A DNA stretch of 64,000 nt from Candidatus Saccharimonadota bacterium (GTDB lineage: Bacteria > Patescibacteriota > Saccharimonadia > Saccharimonadales > Saccharimonadaceae), in NCBI GenBank assembly GCA_017619315.1, contig JAFZSN010000008.1, forward strand, positions 188 through 64,187. The letters run 5' to 3'. Below are positions 19,754 to 28,053 of the stretch, piece by piece. Position numbers and translations under genes: made by a program. The number at the start of each line of letters is the position of its first letter. The first letter of the stretch is position 1. The notes under the pieces were generated by a model. It was not told where the DNA came from, did no database searches, and saw only the letters and a program-made list of their open reading frames with translations.

Positions 19754-20521
19754 TTATAACGGCTTCTTTGCTGTTATTCCATAATAACGCCTGATCAGCA
19801 ATATCCCTTGTGGCGTTTTGTGGTTTTCTATATACTTCTGAAACAAGTCAGACTCTACTTCGTGATATATATACTCCTCTTCGAGACTGTCTTCAGAAAA
19901 ATTCTGAAGAATTGGCACTTTTTTAAGCAACATGAGCAAGTCCTCTCCAGTTTTATAGTATTCGCGAACATGAATTGGCACCAGTTCTACACCAACAAAG
20001 CCTGCATCCAGAATTGCTTCATAGTCGATTCTACTAATTGGCTTTTTATCATGAAACGCTTGGCCACGACCGAATACACGTTTTAATTCCCAGCAGTCTA
20101 ACATGTCTACCCCGCGGACGATTAGTTCTCCACCCGGTTTGAGGGTTTTGAAAATTTGTACCGGATCAATGCAAGTGTGCCGCGCGACTACAATATCGAA
20201 ATACGCATTCGATGTATCCATCTTGAAGTTGTCCATCGTGCGGAATACGATATTTTTTCTGCCGGACTTTTTGAGATTTTCGCAAGCTGTCTCAATCATA
20301 GCCTCCGATAAATCTGTGCCTACGATTTCTGCAACTTCCGGAAAATATCTTAAAATTTTTTCGCCACCACCAGTGCCAAGGTCTAAAATTTTTGACTTTT
20401 CATTGACTTTTTGCCTGAGAATTTCATACATATCCCAGTCGGTGAGACTTTCTTCGTCCATTTTGATAACACTAAAATCCCAATCTTTCGCCTCGTCGTA
20501 GAAACTTTTTTCTTTTATCAT
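19754..20521 (-). CDS. class I SAM-dependent methyltransferase
   Basis: Start moved to MIKEKSF (GAGGAG upstream). Motif I ILDLGTGGGEKI. Confidence 0.85.
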   Translation of the reverse strand: MIKEKSFYDEAKDWDFSVIKMDEESLTDWDMYEILRQKVNEKSKILDLGTGGGEKILRYFPEVAEIVGTDLSEAMIETACENLKKSGRKNIVFRTMDNFKMDTSNAYFDIVVARHTCIDPVQIFKTLKPGGELIVRGVDMLDCWELKRVFGRGQAFHDKKPISRIDYEAILDAGFVGVELVPIHVREYYKTGEDLLMLLKKVPILQNFSEDSLEEEYIYHEVESDLFQKYIENHKTPQGILLIRRYYGITAKKPL

Positions 20522-20738
20522 AATTTTTCTCCTCTCTGGTATTCTACTAAAAATCTCCTTCACGAACAGCAAAATACCAAAATTAAATTAGTATTTTTTG
20601 CCATTCATGAAGAAGATTTTCAACTTACTTCATTATTTAGCCCAGGGGGCTTCAATTTCCATGATGATAGCACGCGAATGGGCGAATTGAACTACCACAT
20701 CTATATTATGGCATAAAATTTAAATTATTTCAAGAGCT

Positions 20739-20779
20739 ATGAATTAGAAGTAAGAATCTAAAAGTTCTAAACCAACCTT
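20739..20779 (+). repeat. ychF-5'-derived direct repeat, copy R3 (degenerate)
   Basis: atgaattagaagtaagaatctaaaagttctaaaccaacctt aligns with R2 and ends 1 nt before the stop of the hydrolase gene. Confidence 0.6.
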
Positions 20780-20780
20780 T

Positions 20781-21344
20781 TTATATCTCTTTTACGATAT
20801 CTACGACTTTCGGAAACTCTTCTAATCCGCTCTTGCTACCCATATGCCCAATTCCAGGAATAAAGCAATCTTTTGCGCCAATGATAGTTGGGTATTTTTT
20901 AAGAACATCAAATGGAACAATATGATCATTGTCACTATAAATCGAATATGCTTTGCCAACCAGACTTGATAGTTCAGCCATCTCGTCTTCCGTGAAACGA
21001 AGCGGGGCTACTACACTATTCAAATCGTCACGGCCTTCAAGAACGAATGGCTCACCAAAACCAGCTAAACTGATATATCCGCGAATAGCAATATTGTTCT
21101 TACACAAATATTTGAGAGACATAATATTACCAATCGAATGTGCAATTATAATTGTATTATCACCCAAATCGTTTTTGTACTGATCGAAGACCGAAAAATA
21201 TCCGTCTATCGTAATATCAGTTTGCGTTGGGAAAGATGGCATAATAACCTGATACTCATCTTTCTCAAAAGTCTTTTTAAAATAATTAAAGATTTTTGGT
21301 ATTCCATTATACCCATGAACTAAAAATATTATAGGTCTATCCAT
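20781..21344 (-). CDS. alpha/beta hydrolase (YdeN/RBBP9-like serine hydrolase)
   Basis: 187 aa. Nucleophile elbow AHSIGN. Late Asp and His (GIGHMG). Confidence 0.7.
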   Translation of the reverse strand: MDRPIIFLVHGYNGIPKIFNYFKKTFEKDEYQVIMPSFPTQTDITIDGYFSVFDQYKNDLGDNTIIIAHSIGNIMSLKYLCKNNIAIRGYISLAGFGEPFVLEGRDDLNSVVAPLRFTEDEMAELSSLVGKAYSIYSDNDHIVPFDVLKKYPTIIGAKDCFIPGIGHMGSKSGLEEFPKVVDIVKEI

Positions 21345-21400
21345 ACTTTATATTATACCGTGAAATATGATATAATTATACCAATAATAACAGATATCAC

Positions 21401-21450
21401 AGGTTGGTTATGAATTTAAAGATCGGCATCGTCGGATTGCCAAACGTTGG
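21401..21450 (+). repeat. source copy (R4) of the repeat family, overlapping the ychF ribosome-binding region and first codons
   Basis: aggttggttATGaatttaaagatcggcatcgtcggattgccaaacgttgg. Confidence 0.7.
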
Positions 21451-22399
21451 TAAATCCACCTTATTTAACGCACTTACAAACGCTGGCGCACTCGCAGCCA
21501 ACTATCCTTTTGCTACCATCGAACCAAACGTCGGCATCGTCCCAGTCCCAGACGAACGCCTAGACGTACTAGCCAAGATGTACGAGACCAACAAAATCGT
21601 TCCCGCCACTGTAGAATTCGTCGACATCGCCGGTCTGGTAGAGGGCGCGTCCAAGGGTGAAGGCCTCGGCAACAAATTCCTCGCCCACATCCGCGAATGC
21701 CAAGCCATTTGCCACGTAGTCCGCGCTTTTAAATCAAGTGATATCGTCCGCGCCGACAACAAGCCCGAAGATGATATTTTAAAGCAAGCCAAAGACGACA
21801 TCGACATTATCAACCTAGAACTCCAACTCGCCGACGAAGAAACTAAAGCCAAAATCGCAGCCAAAAGAAAAAAGGATCTAAATGACGAAAACATCCCATT
21901 CCTCACCGACAAACCCGTCATTTATATGTTTAACGTAGACGAAGACGGTCTCACCGACGACGATCTAAAATCCAAACTAAAAGATCTGGTCAAACCTGCC
22001 GAAGCTATTTTCGTCAACGCCAAACTCGAAGAAGAAATGTCCGGCATGAGCCGCAACGAACGCAAAGAATTCCTCGAATCCTACGGCGTCAAAGACGACG
22101 CACTAGGTGAGCTCATTAAAGCCGCCTACGAAACCCTCGGCCTCCAATCCTTCCTCACCGCCGGCAAAAAAGAATGCCGTGCCTGGACCATCAAAAAAGG
22201 CGCCACCGCCCCCGAGGCCGCCGGTACCATCCACACCGATTTCGAACGTGGCTTTATTGCCGCTAGCATTTGCAACTACAACGACCTCAAAGAACTCGGT
22301 TCCGAACAAGCCGTCCGCGCCGCCGGCAAACTCCGCACTGAAGGCAAAACCTACGTCATGCAAGACGGCGACGTTGTCGAATTCAAATTCAACGTCTAA
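21410..22399 (+). CDS. ychF: redox-regulated ATPase YchF
   Basis: MNLKIGIVGLPNVGKSTLFNALT P-loop, DIAGLVEGAS, C-terminal TGS-like GFIAASI...DGDVVEFKFNV. Confidence 0.9.
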   Translation: MNLKIGIVGLPNVGKSTLFNALTNAGALAANYPFATIEPNVGIVPVPDERLDVLAKMYETNKIVPATVEFVDIAGLVEGASKGEGLGNKFLAHIRECQAICHVVRAFKSSDIVRADNKPEDDILKQAKDDIDIINLELQLADEETKAKIAAKRKKDLNDENIPFLTDKPVIYMFNVDEDGLTDDDLKSKLKDLVKPAEAIFVNAKLEEEMSGMSRNERKEFLESYGVKDDALGELIKAAYETLGLQSFLTAGKKECRAWTIKKGATAPEAAGTIHTDFERGFIAASICNYNDLKELGSEQAVRAAGKLRTEGKTYVMQDGDVVEFKFNV

Positions 22400-22411
22400 T
22401 TAAAGTAAAGT

Positions 22412-23851
22412 TTAATCTAACTTCACAGCAGTCAGTTTTCCATCCACCACTTTTATTTCTGTATCGTTTTTGACCGCATCCTCCCGAAGCACCTGACCTT
22501 GGCTCCCGGCACGCGGTAAGTTTTCAACATCCATCCCCATTTCGCGCTGCCAGAAATCACCATCCGCACCTACCGCACGACCAATTTCGTTTGCTAATTC
22601 AGCATGATCCCCTTTTTCTACAGACGCAAAATTTGGCTTCACGACTTTTTCGTCATCGTATAACAATATGCCCTTCGGATAATGTCCCGATTTCTCAATC
22701 TCATCCATCCACATATCCAGATCTTTTTTATTAGTCACAAAATACATCGACTCCACCGTCGCCTTTACCGGCTCCACCTTCTCCTGCTCTTCTTCATACT
22801 TCTCCAAATATCTCTTAGCTTCCATTCTGGCATAGTGCAAAGTGTAAAAAAGCAACGAATCATTATTCTGCGTTTCTTTAATTAAATCACTCACATCCAT
22901 CCCCTCGAAATCTGACCCCTCCAATGAAGTATTCTTAAAGCTATCACTTTTAAACAATCCTTTATCTATCATCGCCTGCAACCAAACCGCAACTGGCGGC
23001 AAATAATTCTCGTCGAACTTTTGTTGATGCAATTGCTCATCTAGTCGCACGTGGCCATCTTCCAGAATCTGGAAATGCTTTCTTAACTCCTCGGCAGGTA
23101 AACCCCCTTTTTCAGCAAACTTAATCACAAGCGGACGATTCAGGAACTGGCTCAATTCATTTTCTGAGTTTCTAGACTCCGTATTATATAAGAATAAATA
23201 CATCAAACCGCCATCAACCGAAGCTTTTTCATTGGGCGCTGGTTCTTTATATTTCCACACATCATACTGTCTTTTTGCCTTAAAAAACTCCTGGCTATCA
23301 ACGCTATCAGAAACTTGCAACAGTTCATACGGCGCCGGGCTAGACGGCACCACCAATTTACTGTCACCCAACACCAATTCTGGCGCCGCAACAAATCCAG
23401 CAATATGACCAGCTTCACCCGGCAGGGCATCGATCCCATTAGAACTCCACGAAATACCTTCCTGCCCACCATTCCGAGCTATACCCGTCTTTTTTAAAGC
23501 CTCCTGAATTTCCTCTTCTGATTTACCTTCAGACTCAAGCTGTGCCCTCACTTTTTCCTTTTTTTGATCATACAAAGCTTCAGCATTCATTATTGCGCCT
23601 GACCGAAAAATCTCCTTCAACTTAGCTACAGGAGCACCATGAAAAAGATAAACACCACCCGGAAACTCACTGGCGAGTTTTCCCTCAGGAGTTTTAGTCA
23701 TATCTACTATTTCAACGCGAGGCAGTTGCTCATAATTTGCCAAAGAATCCCAACCGCTTTCACCAGACTGCTCAGAATCCGGCCTCTCCTGTTCAAGAAT
23801 TTCCCACTCGTTATTACCAGAATCCTTATCTTTCGACAGCATTTCACTCAT
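22412..23851 (-). CDS. large acidic cytoplasmic hypothetical protein
   Basis: About 480 aa with no signal peptide or TM. Only a weak YLFHGAPVAKLKEIFRSGAI motif. Start uncertain (23851, or 23866). Confidence 0.5.
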   Translation of the reverse strand: MSEMLSKDKDSGNNEWEILEQERPDSEQSGESGWDSLANYEQLPRVEIVDMTKTPEGKLASEFPGGVYLFHGAPVAKLKEIFRSGAIMNAEALYDQKKEKVRAQLESEGKSEEEIQEALKKTGIARNGGQEGISWSSNGIDALPGEAGHIAGFVAAPELVLGDSKLVVPSSPAPYELLQVSDSVDSQEFFKAKRQYDVWKYKEPAPNEKASVDGGLMYLFLYNTESRNSENELSQFLNRPLVIKFAEKGGLPAEELRKHFQILEDGHVRLDEQLHQQKFDENYLPPVAVWLQAMIDKGLFKSDSFKNTSLEGSDFEGMDVSDLIKETQNNDSLLFYTLHYARMEAKRYLEKYEEEQEKVEPVKATVESMYFVTNKKDLDMWMDEIEKSGHYPKGILLYDDEKVVKPNFASVEKGDHAELANEIGRAVGADGDFWQREMGMDVENLPRAGSQGQVLREDAVKNDTEIKVVDGKLTAVKLD

Positions 23852-23896
23852 ACACCCATTATACATTACCACCAAACAAATAAAATAAAACCGCAA

Positions 23897-23929
23897 GAAA
23901 AAAGCCGCCTTATCTAGGCGACTTTTTTT
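23897..23929 (-). terminator. intrinsic terminator between the two orphan genes
   Basis: Stem agtcgcct/aggcggct (one mismatch) with flanking A and T runs. On the minus strand it is followed by 6 T. Confidence 0.6.
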
Positions 23930-23948
23930 CGGGAAACTACCCCCCCTC

Positions 23949-25166
23949 TTATCTCTCTAAGACAGACGGAGCCGCTTCCGGCACCCTGACCAAATGGCCT
24001 GCTACCTTTAATTCGACTTCTTCGATCATCACTCTCTTGCGCTTGGGCGGCTTTAAGAAATCTGGGATCTCAGAATCAATAATACTTTCCATGGGTTCAG
24101 AGACCGTCTCCTCAACGTATTTCGGTTCTTCAGCATATTTAAAATCGTCCACATCCAAGAGGTATCTGAAATTATATCCTTGACTGTCGTAAACGATATC
24201 AAAAATGCTTCGCTTGATTCGGTTCAATTCCCACTTCCAGTCCTTCTTCACCACCTTCGGCTCATCGATAAGCCCCAGTGACGCAAGCTTGGAAAAGTTT
24301 GCCAATATGATCAACTTGTTTTCCAAATTGCGTTTCAGCGGGGTCTTCAAAGCCCTGAACGTACAAACGTCCTTTAAGACAGATTTTACGTCAACATATC
24401 TGTCCGTGAAGAATTCCGGAAACTGCACAATTACATACAGATGCAGGTTCTTCACCAGAACCACCTGGCTGACGAATTCCGTCAAATTTAAGCCGCAGTG
24501 ATACAATTCGCCCAAGTACTTTTCCATGTCGACGTAAGGTTGCGTCGGATAAAAAATGTACTCCGACATGCGCAATAAATCGGCCCCCAGCTCAACCAGA
24601 TAATTAACCGGGTAAAGATCGTAAAACTCAGGGAAGACTCCCAGAGTATTGATCACCAGATTAACATTTGCCTTATTGGTATAAAGCAAGTTAAAATGCT
24701 TGGCGATTTGCTCCCGACTCATCACGTCCCTTACGAGAGTGTCAGCCTTAACGCCAAGCTCGAGCAGAGTCTTCACGTTTTTCTTATCATCGAGAAGCTC
24801 TCTACTAAGAAAGCCTGAGAAAGATCTCGCGAGATCGTCTGGCGAAATGCCTCTTTTAAGATAAGTCGAAAACAACCAATTCAGGTCCCGACAAGGCTCG
24901 ATATGATCCGTGTCATACCAATGACATACCGCTTTCATACTGAGTCCATTACTGACCAAAACCGTGAGCACACTCCAAATCTTATTTTTAGGCATGATTG
25001 TTGACTCTACGTCATCAACAGAGATTTCAAACTTACCCAAATCCGGAATTATGGAACGCAGCTCTTTTGCGTCTAAATAAGGCTGGAAGAGATTTAAAAA
25101 CTCCAAATAAGTCATCTCTTCCGTGTTCAGCGCAAGCACCTTTCCATCTCTTTCAAAACTAACCAT
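23949..25166 (-). CDS. large helical cytoplasmic hypothetical protein
   Basis: Start moved to MVSFERDGK (AAGGAGGG upstream). About 405 aa with no recognisable motif. Confidence 0.5.
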   Translation of the reverse strand: MVSFERDGKVLALNTEEMTYLEFLNLFQPYLDAKELRSIIPDLGKFEISVDDVESTIMPKNKIWSVLTVLVSNGLSMKAVCHWYDTDHIEPCRDLNWLFSTYLKRGISPDDLARSFSGFLSRELLDDKKNVKTLLELGVKADTLVRDVMSREQIAKHFNLLYTNKANVNLVINTLGVFPEFYDLYPVNYLVELGADLLRMSEYIFYPTQPYVDMEKYLGELYHCGLNLTEFVSQVVLVKNLHLYVIVQFPEFFTDRYVDVKSVLKDVCTFRALKTPLKRNLENKLIILANFSKLASLGLIDEPKVVKKDWKWELNRIKRSIFDIVYDSQGYNFRYLLDVDDFKYAEEPKYVEETVSEPMESIIDSEIPDFLKPPKRKRVMIEEVELKVAGHLVRVPEAAPSVLER

Positions 25167-25306
25167 AAAGTTCCCTCCTTTGTAATATACAAAATAAAAA
25201 TTATGCCATAGCATAATTTAACTTCACCTATAATTATATCATGCTTCCGTTAATCCGTCAAGGAATTTCAGCCGATAAATTCCCCTAATTTCCCCCAATT
25301 TACCTC

Positions 25307-25335
25307 TTGCTAATTCACCGAAGGTATGGTAAAAT
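25307..25335 (+). promoter_or_regulatory. candidate promoter of rplS
   Basis: TTGCTA, 17-nt spacer, TAAAAT, about 30 nt upstream of the rplS ATG. Confidence 0.4.
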
Positions 25336-25367
25336 AACTGGTAATCGTCTAATAATAAAGGTAAAAT

Positions 25368-25886
25368 ATGAGTTTTTCAATATTGAAACAGATTGGCGAC
25401 GCTCAAAAAAAGAAAGCTGTCGTAGATGTTCGGTCCGGTGACACCGTCAAAGTCACACAAAAAATCAAGGAAGGCAACAAATTCCGTCTCCAGACTTTTG
25501 AAGGCGTCGTAATTCGTGTTGATCGCAAAGAATCTCACACCGCTCGCATCGTGGTCCGCAAGGTAACCTCAGGTGTAGGTGTCGAAAAGAGCTACCTAAT
25601 TCATTCCCCATTGGTTGAGAAAATCGAGATCACTAAGAGATCAAAGGTACGCCGCAACAACCTCAGCTACCTTCGCCAGCGCTCTGGTAAATCAGCTCGT
25701 CTTCAAGGCAAGGACTTCGACCGTAACGCCGTTAACGACGTAACCGTCCCAGAAGAACCAGCCGAAGAGAAAGCTGAAGAAGCAGCCGAGGCTCCTGAAG
25801 TTGAAGTTGTCGAAACTCCAGCCGAAGAAGCCAACGATAAGGCTGAGAAAGCTGAAGAAACCAAAGATTCAGAAGAGGCTAAGTAA
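25368..25886 (+). CDS. rplS: 50S ribosomal protein L19 with acidic C-terminal extension
   Basis: RSGDTVKVTQKIKEGNKFRLQTFEGVVI...SPLVEKIEI core, plus a roughly 55-aa Glu/Ala/Lys-rich tail. Confidence 0.9.
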   Translation: MSFSILKQIGDAQKKKAVVDVRSGDTVKVTQKIKEGNKFRLQTFEGVVIRVDRKESHTARIVVRKVTSGVGVEKSYLIHSPLVEKIEITKRSKVRRNNLSYLRQRSGKSARLQGKDFDRNAVNDVTVPEEPAEEKAEEAAEAPEVEVVETPAEEANDKAEKAEETKDSEEAK

Positions 25887-25891
25887 GCCTG

Positions 25892-26854
25892 ATGCCAATT
25901 CTCGGCATTGATGAAGTCGGTCGCGGGCCCCTAGCGGGCCCGCTTGTTGTTGGCGCAGTTATTTTACCGAGCGAAGAAGAGGACTGGTTCAAGGATCTAA
26001 AAGATTCTAAGAAACTCACCGCCAAAAAACGCGAAGCCCTAAGCGCCAAAATCCTAGAATCTTCTGCCACTGGCCTCGGCTGGATCCCCGCCGAAGAGCT
26101 AGATAAACTAGGTATTTCAAAAGCTCTCGAACTCGCCACCCACCGCGCTGTGAAGTCAGTTCAATCACTTCACGCACCCTTCTCCGAAATCATCATCGAT
26201 GGCAAAGTCAACTTTCTCCGTGGCACCTCGCTAGAAAAATACACCACAACCTGTATCAAAGCCGACGACAAAATCCGTGAAGTCTCCGCCGCATCCATCA
26301 TCGCCAAGGTCGCAAGGGACAACTACATGATCGAACTCGCCACCAAACACCCAGAATATGGATTCGATAAACATGTCGGCTACGGCACCAAGTCTCACGT
26401 CGAAGCCATCTATAAATACGGCCTCACCCCAGAACACCGCAAGTCCTTCGAACCCTGCAAATCCCTCTCTGGATTTGTAAACGAAAAATCCGCTTCACCA
26501 AAAAACACCACCAATAAAGGCCACAAAGCCGAATCGATCGTAGCCGACTACCTAACAAGTCAAGGCCACACCGTCATCGAAATGAACCACAAAACTTTCT
26601 ACTACGAAATCGACATCATCTCCGTTAAAGACAATCAAATCTATTTCACAGAAGTAAAATACCGCAATAACCCCGCTCAAGGTTCTGGCCTCGACGCCAT
26701 CACACCAAAGAAACTAACGCAGATGCATTTCGCCGCCACAAGCTACCTAAAATATCAAAACAGTAAATTCCGCCACCACGATCCCCTCCTCGCCGTCGCC
26801 TCCGTCTCCGGCGCAGACTATCACTTAGACACCTGGCAACCACTAACAGATTAA
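25892..26854 (+). CDS. rnhB: ribonuclease HII fused to a YraN (UPF0102) endonuclease-like domain
   Basis: N-terminus ILGIDEVGRGPLAGPLVVGAV and DDKIREVSAASIIAKV (RNase HII). C-terminus KGHKAESIVADYLTSQGHTVIEMNHKTFYYEIDIISVKDNQIYFTEVKYR (YraN/PD-(D/E)xK-like). Confidence 0.8.
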   Translation: MPILGIDEVGRGPLAGPLVVGAVILPSEEEDWFKDLKDSKKLTAKKREALSAKILESSATGLGWIPAEELDKLGISKALELATHRAVKSVQSLHAPFSEIIIDGKVNFLRGTSLEKYTTTCIKADDKIREVSAASIIAKVARDNYMIELATKHPEYGFDKHVGYGTKSHVEAIYKYGLTPEHRKSFEPCKSLSGFVNEKSASPKNTTNKGHKAESIVADYLTSQGHTVIEMNHKTFYYEIDIISVKDNQIYFTEVKYRNNPAQGSGLDAITPKKLTQMHFAATSYLKYQNSKFRHHDPLLAVASVSGADYHLDTWQPLTD

Positions 26855-26917
26855 AAAATCAGGGGATCAGTACCCAGCAAAAAACTACGCAGGAAACACC
26901 CCCAATTATTTAACGCC

Positions 26918-27502
26918 CTAGTTTTTCAAAGCCAACTTAATTCTCTCTTCCACCGGAAGTTTCGGGTCAACTTTTTCAAGCGCCGCCGTCGCTTCTTTCA
27001 GCGGGAATCCAAGCGCAATCAAAGCATCAAGCGCTTCATCCGGCTCATCAGCATGTGCGCCAGCACCAAATTTCACTTCCGTCGCACCATAACGGCTCGG
27101 AATCCCCACCTTATCTTTAAGATCCACAATCATTCTCTCAGCTGACTTTTTCCCTACCCCAGACGCTTTAGAGATAAACGCCGCATCACTATTCGCAATC
27201 GCATTTCTAACTTCCTCTGCCTCCGCGAGAGACAAAATCGCAATCCCGGCCTTCGGCCCCACACCCTGCACCGAAATTAATAATTCAAACAATTTCTTAG
27301 CAACCAAACTCGAGAACCCATATAATTCTTCCAAGTTCTCCTTCACCTGATGATAAGTATAAAACTTCTGTTCGTCTCCAAGATTCACGTTTTCAAAATC
27401 CGGCACCGGCACCAACATCTCATACCCCACACCATGGACATCCACGATCAGCCCGTTCGTACCAAATTTTTCTTCTACTGTCCCTTTAATATGTGAAATC
27501 AT
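26918..27502 (-). CDS. ruvA: Holliday junction DNA helicase subunit RuvA
   Basis: MISHIKGTV...GVGYEM, HhH motifs VQGVGPKAGIAIL and ASGVGKKSAERM. Confidence 0.9.
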   Translation of the reverse strand: MISHIKGTVEEKFGTNGLIVDVHGVGYEMLVPVPDFENVNLGDEQKFYTYHQVKENLEELYGFSSLVAKKLFELLISVQGVGPKAGIAILSLAEAEEVRNAIANSDAAFISKASGVGKKSAERMIVDLKDKVGIPSRYGATEVKFGAGAHADEPDEALDALIALGFPLKEATAALEKVDPKLPVEERIKLALKN

Positions 27503-27531
27503 TTCTCCTCCATCTTATAATTATAGCAGAC

Positions 27532-28053
27532 TCACTTCCGCCTCGAATTCGAAAACTTATCCACCTGAACCACCTCATCCTCACGATATAGAAAACTACA
27601 CGTAATCGCCGCCGCCAGCGCGTCTGCCGCATCATCCGGCTTCGGCTTCGTCTCGAGGCCCAAATGCACTCGCACCATCTCTTCCATCTGCGTCTTCGTA
27701 GCGCTACCATACCCGGTCAAGCTCTTTTTAATTTCATTCGGCGTATACTCCCGTACCTTCGCTCCATACTGCTCCGCCACCAGCAAAATCACCCCACGCG
27801 CTTCCGCAACCGCAATCCCAGTAGTGATATTCTTAGAAAAAAACAACTTCTCAATTGCCACCACTTCTGGCTTAGTTTCTTTAAACACCTGAGAAAGAGA
27901 CTCATATAACTCCAACAGCCTCTCGGACATCGGCGCATCAACTTTCGTCGTCACAGCCCCAAAATCAAGCGCCTTCGCCCCCGCCCTCGAAGTCGTTTCA
28001 ATCAGCCCAAACCCACAAATGCCGATTCCCGGATCAATACCAAGTATTCTCAT
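27532..28053 (-). CDS. ruvC: crossover junction endodeoxyribonuclease RuvC
   Basis: MRILGIDPG..., AIEKLFF, and C-terminal DDAADALAAAI catalytic acidic residues. Confidence 0.9.
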   Translation of the reverse strand: MRILGIDPGIGICGFGLIETTSRAGAKALDFGAVTTKVDAPMSERLLELYESLSQVFKETKPEVVAIEKLFFSKNITTGIAVAEARGVILLVAEQYGAKVREYTPNEIKKSLTGYGSATKTQMEEMVRVHLGLETKPKPDDAADALAAAITCSFLYREDEVVQVDKFSNSRRK

